DNA of 64,000 nt from Candidatus Bathyarchaeia archaeon (GCA_038727135.1 JAVYWL010000002.1:224001-288000), one strand, 5' to 3'. Counted from the first letter of the stretch, positions 10,533-19,831 are shown. Notes: generated by a model from the sequence alone, not told the origin. Numbers and translations: made by a program.

Positions 10533-10642
10533 TTTGTTCCCTCCTTCAGCCTTGTTAGGCTTTGAATGCTGAATTCTTATATAAGTGCTTGCGGAATAAC
10601 AAGATGCGTCTGCGCTCGTTTACTTGTTGGAATGTGGTGTTC

Positions 10643-11974
10643 ATGCGGAAAACAATCTTCAAGAAACTTGAGGCTCAAGGTTTAATAGCCAACTACAACC
10701 GTTTGAGGAAAAACCTACCGCCGAGGCTTCCAGAAAGAGTTTATATTTGGGATGAAACTTTGAGGGAAGGTGTTGAAACCCCAACAGTTTTCTTGACCTA
10801 TGTGGAGAAGGTTAAATTGGCAAAGCTTTTGGATGAGGCTGGTGTTTCCATTATAACGGTTGGTTTTCCGGCGCTTTCAGATGAGGAAAAGAACACTGTT
10901 AGGAGGATAGCCAACGAGGGTTTCCAGCAAGCCAGCATAGCCGCCTCAGCGAGAGCCACTAAAAGCGACGTAGACGTGTGCCTTGACTGCGGCGTTAAGG
11001 AAATCGTCATCTTCACGCCCTTCAATGGGCTTAACCTCCAGTATAGGCTTAAAATGTCAAAAGAGCAGGTTCTAAAAAACACTGTGGAGTGCATTGAATA
11101 TGCCAAAAGGCACGGTGTAACCGTCAACTTCGTTTTGGAAGACGCTTCAAGAACGCCTTTGCCGGACATCCTGCAAATTTTTGAAGCTGCCGTGAAGGCT
11201 GGTGCTGACAGGCTTGTGATTGCCGACACCGTTGGCTTTTTAAGACCTTTGTCTACGCGTTATCTTATTTCCCATGTGAGGGATGGACTTCAACAAGCAC
11301 TAGGGAAGGATATTACACTCTCTATCCATTGCCACAACGATTTCGGATTAGCCACAGCAAACACCTTGGCAGCCGTTGAGGAGGGCGTAGCCTACGTGCA
11401 CGCATGCCTTGTAGGTTTCGGCGAGAGGGCTGGTGTAGCCCCCTTAGAGGAGGTTGTTGCCGCCCTAGAACTTCTATACGACATAGATACGGGCGTTGAC
11501 ATGAAGAAGCTTTATAGGCTTGCCCAACAAGCGGAGAAAAGCTTCGCCTTGCCAATACAGTTCCATAAGCCAATTGTTGGCGAAAACGCCTTCTCCTACG
11601 AGGTTGACGAGCACGTCGAGGGAATGCTTGCCCACCCACTGCTTTTTGAGCCTTTTCCGCCTGAAATGATTGAGAGGGAAACACAGTTCTACATAGGGAG
11701 AACTGGTGGAAGACGCCTCGTTGAAAAGAGGCTTGAAATGGCGGGTATAAAGGCTACACCGTGGCAGATTGACGAAATAGTCAGAAGGATAAGAAGCTTG
11801 CAAGAAAGCCTAGACAAGGGCGGAACACAAATGACCTTCTACCAAATCAAGAAGCTTATGAAGGAACTTCGCAGAGGCTTAACCGAAGAGGATTTCTGGC
11901 GCATAGTTGAGCAGGTTACGAGACAAAAGCCGAAAATTCCACAGCAGCCCTTGCTAGAGGCAAAAGGACCCTAA
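10643..11974 (+). CDS. Divergent isopropylmalate/homocitrate/citramalate synthase-like (DRE-TIM) protein
   Basis: WDETLREG, ADTVG, HCHNDFG and GERAG motifs; several canonical residues are altered. Confidence 0.85.
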   Translation: MRKTIFKKLEAQGLIANYNRLRKNLPPRLPERVYIWDETLREGVETPTVFLTYVEKVKLAKLLDEAGVSIITVGFPALSDEEKNTVRRIANEGFQQASIAASARATKSDVDVCLDCGVKEIVIFTPFNGLNLQYRLKMSKEQVLKNTVECIEYAKRHGVTVNFVLEDASRTPLPDILQIFEAAVKAGADRLVIADTVGFLRPLSTRYLISHVRDGLQQALGKDITLSIHCHNDFGLATANTLAAVEEGVAYVHACLVGFGERAGVAPLEEVVAALELLYDIDTGVDMKKLYRLAQQAEKSFALPIQFHKPIVGENAFSYEVDEHVEGMLAHPLLFEPFPPEMIERETQFYIGRTGGRRLVEKRLEMAGIKATPWQIDEIVRRIRSLQESLDKGGTQMTFYQIKKLMKELRRGLTEEDFWRIVEQVTRQKPKIPQQPLLEAKGP

Positions 11975-12975
11975 GTTAAGGCTAGTTCTTCAAAAACCTT
12001 TGCTATTTCTTCCATGCTTAATGGTCTCGGATAGTTGTAGATTGGACCGCTTGGCTTTTCATTGTAGTATGGGCGGTTGCAGTATGGACATCCAGAAGTC
12101 CTAAAGGGTTCGCCAGAACCAATAATTTGCTTCAATGCCTGTTTATCTACGCCAAAACCTGTTATGCAACCATTTTCGTCAAAGGTCATGGCTTCAACCC
12201 TTGAAATTTTGTGGAAGATTAAATGTCTGGCCAGCTGCACCCGTCTGTACTGTTGGATTGGCGGCTGCCCTAAACTTTCTAGGGCTGTTCCAGCGACTGG
12301 TGTAAAAGCAAAGAGGGCTGGCAAAACACCCATATCAACGCATCTTTGAATCATCTCCACCATTTCCCTTTCAGACTCGCCTAAACCAACGATTAGGTGA
12401 GTGCTGACTTTTCCCTCCCCAAAAACCTTCACAGCTTCCTTGAGCAGCTCCAGCTGCCTCTCCATATCGTAGGGCCCGCCAGCAGAGGCCCCCTTAACCT
12501 TGTCAAAAATTTCCGGAGTTGCCGCATCCAATGGTATGCCTATTCTTTCAACGCCGGCCTCTGCCAAACGCCTTATGTTTTCTGGGCTTATGGGCTGGCA
12601 TGAAACAGATATTGGGACGCTCACGCGTTTGGAGATTTCCCTTGCAAGTGCTTGGATATGCTCATGGACTTGTGGATAGTTTAGGGCTTGTATGCATACG
12701 CGCCTAATTCTGCCACCTTTTGCGGACGCTTCTATTCCATCGAGTACTCGTCTTGTGCTGAAGGCTGGCCACGTAACCCTTGAGAGCATGTCGGCTCTGC
12801 TGTGGCTTTTTCTTGCTTGGGGACAGAACCCGCAGTTGGCTAGGCACCTCCCACGCCTATACGTCATTAGATAGGCTGTTGTTGGTTTAGCGTCAAGTCT
12901 ACCGCTAGTTAGTCCTAAAACTATGGCTGAGCCTAGTGAAACACGAATCCTATTTGGAATTCTCGCGGCTGTCAA
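11971..12975 (-). CDS. lipS2: Radical SAM lipoyl synthase component LipS2
   Basis: CLANCGFC radical SAM motif plus the C-terminal TSGCPYCNRP signature of LipS2. Confidence 0.85.
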   Translation of the reverse strand: MTAARIPNRIRVSLGSAIVLGLTSGRLDAKPTTAYLMTYRRGRCLANCGFCPQARKSHSRADMLSRVTWPAFSTRRVLDGIEASAKGGRIRRVCIQALNYPQVHEHIQALAREISKRVSVPISVSCQPISPENIRRLAEAGVERIGIPLDAATPEIFDKVKGASAGGPYDMERQLELLKEAVKVFGEGKVSTHLIVGLGESEREMVEMIQRCVDMGVLPALFAFTPVAGTALESLGQPPIQQYRRVQLARHLIFHKISRVEAMTFDENGCITGFGVDKQALKQIIGSGEPFRTSGCPYCNRPYYNEKPSGPIYNYPRPLSMEEIAKVFEELALT

Positions 12976-13082
12976 AGGTTTTCACATTTTGTTAGCGTTT
13001 CAGATGTCTTTCTGCTATTGATTCTGAATTCATAAGTATTATTATCATTATCGTTGTCAAACCATTTCGAGTGTGAAGAAGT

Positions 13083-13415
13083 TTGCGAAGGTCCAAGCTT
13101 GAAAACTATGAGGCCATATTGGCAGCCTTGGCTAAAAGACCCTTAACAGTTGACAGCATAGCCTACAAAACTAACATGGATTGCACCGTTCTTGGGCAGT
13201 ACTTGGAATCCTTAATGAGGAACGGGCTAGTTGTGGAGAAAATCACTAGCAAAAAGAAGCTTTACGCCATAACCGAGAGAGGCTTGTCGGTTTTCAGAAC
13301 CCTAAGCTTCCAGAGGTATCTGGAGAAAATAGCCAAAACAATTAAGGCTGTTAACACTTTGGAAACAGCACCAACTCCGACCATATCGAGCAATGAAGAA
13401 GAAAATAAAAGTTAA
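13083..13415 (+). CDS. Winged-helix DNA-binding protein
   Basis: RRSKLE...IAYKTNM...YAITERG pattern of archaeal wHTH regulators. Confidence 0.8.
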   Translation: MRRSKLENYEAILAALAKRPLTVDSIAYKTNMDCTVLGQYLESLMRNGLVVEKITSKKKLYAITERGLSVFRTLSFQRYLEKIAKTIKAVNTLETAPTPTISSNEEENKS

Positions 13416-13472
13416 GTTGCAGACGTCAGCGAAAGTTATTAAGGCTCTTCTAGGGCTTTAGTAGAGAGGAAA

Positions 13473-14465
13473 ATGGCACAATTCACTCCAGAAATCATTT
13501 GGCAGATGAACAAAGAAGAGTTCTCAAAACTTTTAGAAAACAACGCCTTCCGTTCTGAAAGGAGAAGCGTTTGCTTTTATGCTCCAAGCTTCACATACTA
13601 TAAGACGGCTTACTTCTGCTCTTCACCCAAGGATTTTCCAACAATCTCCGTGACAGGGAAGGGCTGCGCATTAAACTGTAAACACTGTGGCGGAAAAGTT
13701 CTCGAAACCATGCGTCCGGCTAGAACCCCGGAAGAGCTTTACAATTTGTGTGCAAAGCTTAAGGCAGATGGAGCTGTCGGCTGCCTAATCAGTGGCGGCT
13801 GCCTACCAGACGGTTCTGTTCCACTGGATAGCTTCACAGAAGCCATTAGGCGGGTTAAGGCTGATTTTGGCTTGAAAATTTTTGCGCATGTCGGAATTGT
13901 GAACTATGAAAAGGCTGTAAAGCTTAAGGAAGCCTGTGTTGACGCCGCCCTAATCGATGTTATTGGGGATAATGAAACAATACGGGAAATTTACAACTTG
14001 AAAGTTACAGTTAGGGATTATGAAGACGCGTTAAAGGCGTTAAGTCAGTCCGGCTTGTGTTTCGTTCCCCACGTAATTGTTGGGCTTCATTATGGACGGT
14101 TGAAAGGGGAATTTTACGCCTTACAGATGATTTCCAAATATAAGCCATCAGCCCTAGTCGTAATCGCTTTCATGCCCATACACGGCACAATAATGGAGAA
14201 TGTGAAACCGCCAGAACCGATGGAAATAGCTAAAGTTCTAGCCACTGCAAGGGTTATGTTTCCAAAAATTCCGATAGCTTTAGGTTGCATGCGACCAAAG
14301 GGCAAGCAAAGAGCAGAAACAGACACCTTAGCCATAAAAGCTGGTGCTGACGCCATAGCCTTTCCATCCGAAGAAGCCATAAAATACGCCAAGGCACAAA
14401 GCTACGGGATAAGTTTTTCATCCCACTGTTGCGCGCAGATTTACGCTGACATTTTAAGGGTGTGA
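13473..14465 (+). CDS. lipS1: Radical SAM lipoyl synthase component LipS1
   Basis: ISVTG-CALNCKHC motif plus the GCMR and C-terminal CC signatures of LipS1. Confidence 0.85.
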   Translation: MAQFTPEIIWQMNKEEFSKLLENNAFRSERRSVCFYAPSFTYYKTAYFCSSPKDFPTISVTGKGCALNCKHCGGKVLETMRPARTPEELYNLCAKLKADGAVGCLISGGCLPDGSVPLDSFTEAIRRVKADFGLKIFAHVGIVNYEKAVKLKEACVDAALIDVIGDNETIREIYNLKVTVRDYEDALKALSQSGLCFVPHVIVGLHYGRLKGEFYALQMISKYKPSALVVIAFMPIHGTIMENVKPPEPMEIAKVLATARVMFPKIPIALGCMRPKGKQRAETDTLAIKAGADAIAFPSEEAIKYAKAQSYGISFSSHCCAQIYADILRV

Positions 14466-14570
14466 TGCACATATCCTATTTATCGTTGATAAGGCATTCG
14501 TTGTTTGCAGTTTTGTGGAAAGTATTAAATGTGGGCGCATCCAGAATTTATGGTTAAGGTTGATGTGTGC

Positions 14571-14774
14571 ATGCCGAAAGTTAAGGTTGACTGGAGTAAG
14601 TGCAACGGCGACGGCGTCTGTGTTGAAATCTGCCCAGTAAATGTTTTCGAACTCAAGAAGTTGCCAGAATATCCGGACACTCAGAAGTCTGTTCCCGTTA
14701 GGGAGGGCGACTGCATAGCTTGTATGGCTTGTGTGACATCTTGCCCAACGCAAGCGATAACTGTTGAAGAGTGA
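14571..14774 (+). CDS. Dicluster ferredoxin
   Basis: CNGDGVCVEICP (Asp variant) and CIACMACVTSCP motifs. Confidence 0.92.
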   Translation: MPKVKVDWSKCNGDGVCVEICPVNVFELKKLPEYPDTQKSVPVREGDCIACMACVTSCPTQAITVEE

Positions 14775-14782
14775 AGGCGCTG

Positions 14783-14905
14783 CTAAAACTTGCGCTTGGT
14801 TCCTCTCACGAAGAAGTATTTTCTATACTGTTTAAACCAAACCTTTTCGTAAACGTGGATTGCAGGGGCATTTTCATGCTTTTCTAAGCAGAAATGAAGT
14901 AGGCA
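14783..14905 (-). pseudogene. Possible C-terminal remnant of a GNAT acetyltransferase
   Basis: Startless frame reads ...KHENAPAIHVYEKVWFKQYRKYFFVRG, like the GNAT N-x-P-A-x-x-x-Y-x-K-x-G-F motif. Confidence 0.4.
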
Positions 14906-14931
14906 TTTTTAAGATTTTTCAGTGGTTGAGG

Positions 14932-15879
14932 CTAAGTTATGTGGTTGAATGTTTCTAGGGTGAAGGCTGCTGCGGCTATAGCCAGCATGAGTATGCTCCA
15001 TGCTCTTGTTATTTTGTGGCTTCGTCTATTCATGATGAACAAGATGAGAGTTACGATAATCATGAACGGGACTGTTGTTAAAATCTCCTGCAGTGTTACC
15101 GGGAAAGACTTTATCAGTGCGACTATTCCGAAAACCAGCGTGGCCGTTATAATGTTGTCGCCTATAACGTTGCCTATGGATATTTCTTGTTCGCCGTGGA
15201 GGGCTGCGGCCACTGAAACGGCTGTTTCTGGGATTACGCAGCCTAAAGCCATTATTGTTAGTCCTGCGTAGAAGTGGCTTAAGCCGAAAATTTCAGCCAT
15301 GGCTGTGGCGCTGTAAACGAGCAGAAAAGTACCGGCTATTAGGGCGGTGCCGCCAAGAATCATTATGGCTGCTGGTTTGGCGGTGCTTTCTTTTGTTTGG
15401 TCTGTGAGGTTTCCGTTGCCGTTCCCCTTTCGTATGGAGTAGTAGATGAAGGCTGGATAAAGTGCCAAGAAGATTAGTCCGATCCACCATGTCACTGTGC
15501 CAGTAGCCATTGTCAGCAGCATTAGTAGGGCGGCTAGGCCTATCATGAGGAGGCATTCCTTGTTGATGGTGGAGTTTTTCATTTTGAACTCGCCGATTAA
15601 GCCGCATATGCCTATTATTAGGGGGACGTTGTAGATGTTTGAGCCTATTATGTTGCCGAAGGCCATCTGTGAAGAGCTGAAAACGGCTGCGAAGAGTGAG
15701 CTGAAAAGTTCTGGGGCTGATGTTACGGAGGCTACGAAAACTGTTCCTACGACGACTTTATGGAGGTTTAGACTGTTGGCTAGGCGTGCGGCTGCATCCA
15801 CTATCTTTTTTGAGCCGACATAGAGGAGCAGCAGACTCGCTATGAAGGCTGCTACGCTTAATGGTAGGTTCATATGCAA
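14932..15879 (-). CDS. Ca2+/cation antiporter (CaCA, YrbG-like)
   Basis: Alpha repeats TSAPE...GNIIGSN and VIPE...GNVIGDN; about 10 TM helices. Confidence 0.9.
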   Translation of the reverse strand: MHMNLPLSVAAFIASLLLLYVGSKKIVDAAARLANSLNLHKVVVGTVFVASVTSAPELFSSLFAAVFSSSQMAFGNIIGSNIYNVPLIIGICGLIGEFKMKNSTINKECLLMIGLAALLMLLTMATGTVTWWIGLIFLALYPAFIYYSIRKGNGNGNLTDQTKESTAKPAAIMILGGTALIAGTFLLVYSATAMAEIFGLSHFYAGLTIMALGCVIPETAVSVAAALHGEQEISIGNVIGDNIITATLVFGIVALIKSFPVTLQEILTTVPFMIIVTLILFIMNRRSHKITRAWSILMLAIAAAAFTLETFNHIT

Positions 15880-16006
15880 TCCTTAGCATTTTTGTTATCA
15901 TTTTCCCATCACACTTCAAAAACGGAGATATAAACCTATCTGGACTTTAAGCCTTATATCAAGCATGAACCAAGCATGCCTTAAACAAAAACTCAGGCAT
16001 GAAATT

Positions 16007-17140
16007 TTATTGGAGTGTTGGCGGGATGAAAACCCTAAGCCTGTTCAAGGCGTTGAGCTTTTCTTTGTCGCCCAGTTTTGCATCTTCAATAGCCCTTCTT
16101 AGGATTTGTATGGATTCATCCATGGCTTTTCTGTCCACTGGGTAGGGGACGCCGTCTTTTCCGCCATAGGCGAAGGAGTATTTCACAGGGTCTTTCCAGC
16201 TTGGCTTTTCGCCGTAAATCAGTTCTGCTATTAGGGCTAAGCCGCGGACTGTTGCGGCGCCAACGCCCTTAAAGCCTAAAAGCTCTTCGTAGTTTCTTGG
16301 TTTGAACTCGTAGACTTGTTGTAGGGCTTTCCAGTTTATGTTGGCTGGCATGGATAAAACGTCTATTGTGTAGTCTGCCCATTGGGTTTGGGCTGTTTTT
16401 GGCAGCCACTCTTCGAGGGATTTCTGGTAGGCTGGGCGTATAGACATTATCAGGCGCATAAGCTTCTTGGGTGGCTCGCATGCAAGGTCCACTGAGGCTT
16501 TTCTGCAGCCTTCGCTTTCTTTTGCCGTCATGTCTAGGGCTATTTCGCGTTTTGCATCGCCTACTATGGCATTGTGAGGTTCCACCACAAAGTTTTTGAT
16601 GTTTTCTGAAAGCCAGTGGTAGCGTCTTGCTGTTCGGTCTTGGGGGCACATGCCCTGCTGTATAACTGCCCATCGCCCATCCTCGTCTACGAAGAAGGCG
16701 TGGTGGTAGAGCTGGTAGCCAGCTTGAATGGCTGTGTTGTCAACTTTTGCGCTCATCCGACTGGCGTACTGTAGGCTTCCTATCTTATTTTCTGAAAAAC
16801 CAAACTTTTCACCCACTAACCCAATTTCAAGAGGCGTCTGCCTAGAAAATTTTCCTTTTCCGCCGCAGACCGCCACACCATGCTCTTCTGGAATTACTGC
16901 TTGCTTCAAAACTCCAGTGACGACTGTTGTTACGCCTGATGAGTGCCAGTCATAACCCAAAACACAGCCTAAAGCCTGAAACCAGAAGGGGTCTGATAGG
17001 CGTTTCAGAAACTCGCCGGTCCCATACTCGTCTATGATTATAGTTACTATTTCTTTGGCTAGTTTTCGCATGCGGACAACTAGCCATTTTGGAGCCTTAC
17101 CATAGTGGAGGGGGAGCTTAGCAACACCTGTTCTTTGCAT
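16007..17140 (-). CDS. DUF763 family protein
   Basis: LPLHYGKAP, DPFWFQALGCVLGYDWHSSG and FAYGGKDGVP motifs. Confidence 0.9.
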   Translation of the reverse strand: MQRTGVAKLPLHYGKAPKWLVVRMRKLAKEIVTIIIDEYGTGEFLKRLSDPFWFQALGCVLGYDWHSSGVTTVVTGVLKQAVIPEEHGVAVCGGKGKFSRQTPLEIGLVGEKFGFSENKIGSLQYASRMSAKVDNTAIQAGYQLYHHAFFVDEDGRWAVIQQGMCPQDRTARRYHWLSENIKNFVVEPHNAIVGDAKREIALDMTAKESEGCRKASVDLACEPPKKLMRLIMSIRPAYQKSLEEWLPKTAQTQWADYTIDVLSMPANINWKALQQVYEFKPRNYEELLGFKGVGAATVRGLALIAELIYGEKPSWKDPVKYSFAYGGKDGVPYPVDRKAMDESIQILRRAIEDAKLGDKEKLNALNRLRVFIPPTLQ

Positions 17141-17296
17141 TTAGCCTCTAAACCAATAAAACGCTATAGTTTTAGCCCTATTTTTACCTTGCCAAAATGT
17201 CAATTTTGCTGCTGGCGACGAACTGCAAAATTGATAGCCCCTCTATAGAATTTTAGCGAAAAAGTCACATTTGTGCTTCCTAAAAGCCACAAAACA

Positions 17297-17848
17297 CTAC
17301 CCTCTATAGTTTTTGGTCGAATGGTTATGGTTTGTTTTTGCTTGATGTTTCTTTGCGGTTTTTATGATGTTACGGATTTCTATTGCTATTATTAAGGTTG
17401 CCGGGATTATTATTAATAGTGTGAAGCCTATTGGGGTTCTTACAAAATAGCCTAGATATCCTATGTAAGGGATTATGGCTATTACCTTTCCTATGACGTC
17501 TTGTTTTTTGACTATCCATGTGTCTGGGTCTTCGTTGGCGTCCCCTTTTGTTATGAAGCCTTGGCTTGTTATGCCTATTATTCTGTGGGTTACCGTTGTG
17601 GGATGTTCTGTTTCAACTTTGAAGCATATTATGTCGCCTACCTTCAAGGTTTCTGGGTTGGCTGGTTTTATGACGACTATGCTTCCGACCGGGATGGTGG
17701 GCTCCATGCTTCCTGTATGGACAGGTTCGTAGAGGGTGTCACCCCAGAGCGAGACAGGTCTGTAGAAGACTAGGAAGATTATGAGGAATGTGGCTATGAG
17801 GGCGTATATGGCTATTTTTAGGATTTTCCTAATTTTTGGGTTTAGCAT
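17297..17848 (-). CDS. sipW: Signal peptidase I, SipW/Sec11 type
   Basis: TGSMEP, VTHRI and TKGDAN motifs; terminal TM helices; next to TasA-like genes. Confidence 0.9.
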   Translation of the reverse strand: MLNPKIRKILKIAIYALIATFLIIFLVFYRPVSLWGDTLYEPVHTGSMEPTIPVGSIVVIKPANPETLKVGDIICFKVETEHPTTVTHRIIGITSQGFITKGDANEDPDTWIVKKQDVIGKVIAIIPYIGYLGYFVRTPIGFTLLIIIPATLIIAIEIRNIIKTAKKHQAKTNHNHSTKNYRG

Positions 17849-18408
17849 TTCATACCATCATGAGTTGGTGGAAAGCGCACTGTTATAGCTATGTAGGCTG
17901 TTACTGTTAGTCCTTGATATTCGTTTCCGGCTGTGGCGGGCATCCATACGCTGATCTGTAGTGTGACGCTGTCTTTTGGTGGAACAGCCCTCTTGCCATA
18001 AACTTTTATACCTTCTGCTAAATTGCTTAGGGTTCCGTTGTAGAGGAGGTTTGGTTTTTCTCGTCTACCTTTTCCAAGCTCTAAAATTTCTATTTGCAGT
18101 CCATCGGCTAGATGGGTGTCTCCTTCAAAAGTGGCATTGAGCATGCAAATTCGGAAGGGCAAATCTCCAACATTAATCAGTCTTAAATATTTTGTGACCT
18201 TTGGGCGTCCAGGGTAGAAGTGACCGTCCACATCTGGATGGAAAAGGGGAACTTTTGGCGAGATCTCCATGTCAAATTTAATTTTCTTCCCGAAATAAAT
18301 TGTGCAAGCTGACGCTGTAGGATCATCAGAAGCTAAATTTAGGCTTATGAATAACAAAAGGATTGTCAATAATATCAGTACGGCTTTTTTCTTATACACT
18401 TTAATCAA
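17842..18408 (-). CDS. Secreted beta-rich accessory protein of the SipW/TasA cluster
   Basis: N-terminal signal peptide; PG..., NVG and MPATAGNEYQG segments typical of TasA/CalY-fold proteins. Confidence 0.7.
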   Translation of the reverse strand: MIKVYKKKAVLILLTILLLFISLNLASDDPTASACTIYFGKKIKFDMEISPKVPLFHPDVDGHFYPGRPKVTKYLRLINVGDLPFRICMLNATFEGDTHLADGLQIEILELGKGRREKPNLLYNGTLSNLAEGIKVYGKRAVPPKDSVTLQISVWMPATAGNEYQGLTVTAYIAITVRFPPTHDGMKC

Positions 18409-18488
18409 TCTCCTTAGAGGGTTTTAATAAAAAATGGGGATTTTAGGCTGGTTGCAGCGGTGCAGTCTGACTTGTTATTTTTGCTCTT

Positions 18489-19091
18489 TTATGGGTTTTG
18501 AGATAGTAGAAATGTGAATGTGATGCTGAGGGTATCTGTCTGTGCTTGGTTGTCAACACCACCGTGTGCCCACCAGTTATAGATTTCTACGACAAAGTCA
18601 ACACCGCCATTAGCCTCAATTGGTTCGTTGATATCCATAAAGCTTGTTGGAAGATCTGTTATGAGCCCTTCAAAGATCTTTTTATCTCCAGTGCTAAACC
18701 AGCCGCTGTGATCGTAGTCAAGGAACAGTATTAAGTAGAGCACGTCGTCCAGTTCGCCTGTGTCAGCGCTGGTATCTCCCGCCTCTATTTCCGGCTCTGT
18801 GAGACCATTTTCTTCGCTGACAACTACGATGTTACTTATGTCTAGATAGCCCATTATAGTGCCAATGTTTTTGAGCGTTAATGAATAAAGTGGCTGATTT
18901 CCAGGTCTTAGATTGTTCCAAGTGAAGGTTACTGGCACTCCGTTATGGTCGTTTATTGTCAAGTCAAGTGAACCCGCACTGAATGTTGTTATGGTTGTTT
19001 CCGTGTCGCTGAATTGGGAGTATGTTCCCCAGCCGACTGCCAAGGCTACTAGTCCGATTGCCAGTATTCCAACCAATATTTTCCTGTTCAT
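18489..19091 (-). CDS. TasA/CalY family fibre subunit with SipW-type signal peptide
   Basis: GTYSQFSDTE cleavage motif, FSAGSLDL, PG, KNIG and DNQAQTD. Confidence 0.88.
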   Translation of the reverse strand: MNRKILVGILAIGLVALAVGWGTYSQFSDTETTITTFSAGSLDLTINDHNGVPVTFTWNNLRPGNQPLYSLTLKNIGTIMGYLDISNIVVVSEENGLTEPEIEAGDTSADTGELDDVLYLILFLDYDHSGWFSTGDKKIFEGLITDLPTSFMDINEPIEANGGVDFVVEIYNWWAHGGVDNQAQTDTLSITFTFLLSQNP

Positions 19092-19130
19092 TTTTTATTC
19101 TTCCTCCTCCTTTTTACGGGAGAAGGGAGG

Positions 19131-19685
19131 CTAAGCCTGTGTCAGAAGGAACGTTATCGTAAAGCCAACAACATCGCTCTGTATAACATCGTCCACAGAC
19201 TCGTCAATACTGTAATTAACTGTGAATGTAACTGAAGCGCCAGCATTCAACGGATAGTTGGCTAAGCCTCCGCTCAAGACGCCATTGGCATATCCCTCGT
19301 AAACTACAGTTCCATCAACGGTGATTTTCAAGTATAGATTTTCAGCAAGCTCCCCATCAGGTTCCGTGTCGTCAAGCACAAGTTCTGGCTCCGTCAGCCC
19401 ATTCTCATTGTCAACAAGGTCGCTAAATGATATGGAGAGTTTGCCATTAACAGACCCGATGTTCTTTATAACCACGCTTTCGCTACCGCTGCATCCGGGC
19501 AGCAGGTTCGCTAGATCAATCTTCCAGCTTACTGGGTCATCGTCGCCGACCTTCAAGTTCAATGTTCCAGCAGTAAAAGTCGCCGTAGTCGTTTCCGTGT
19601 CGCTAAACTGGCTATAGGTTCCCCAGCCGAGAGCAAAGCCAACAAGCCCAATAATGAATAGGCTTACCAATATTTTCTTGTCCAT
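19131..19685 (-). CDS. TasA/CalY family fibre subunit with SipW-type signal peptide
   Basis: MDKKILV...GTYSQFSDTE, FTAGTLNL, LLPG and KNIGS; paralog of the downstream gene. Confidence 0.88.
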   Translation of the reverse strand: MDKKILVSLFIIGLVGFALGWGTYSQFSDTETTTATFTAGTLNLKVGDDDPVSWKIDLANLLPGCSGSESVVIKNIGSVNGKLSISFSDLVDNENGLTEPELVLDDTEPDGELAENLYLKITVDGTVVYEGYANGVLSGGLANYPLNAGASVTFTVNYSIDESVDDVIQSDVVGFTITFLLTQA

Positions 19686-19714
19686 TTCCGCATCACCTCT
19701 CCCTTCTCCTCTTT

Positions 19715-19831
19715 TTCGGGGACCTATCATCGCGAGACGCTTTAACGGGGGCTAATCCCCATTTTAGTCCCCCGGACGCCAGCACATTTAACGTGCCCCA
19801 GCGTCAAGGCACGGGTTAGGCCGGCCTAACC
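19715..19831 (-). promoter_or_regulatory. Structured GC-rich 5' leader and palindrome upstream of the tasA operon
   Basis: 18-bp perfect palindrome at 19814-19831; hairpins CGGGGGACTAA/TTAGCCCCCG and GCAC/GTGC; GACGCT has two alternative partners. Confidence 0.6.

Noticed and set aside
15962-16001. GCATG repeats and a CATGCCT/AGGCATG inverted repeat
   Set aside because: Only 7 bp; could be a terminator or chance
17238-17322. CCCTCTATAG direct repeat at the end of sipW
   Set aside because: 10 bp, with no integrase or transposase nearby to make it a target-site duplication
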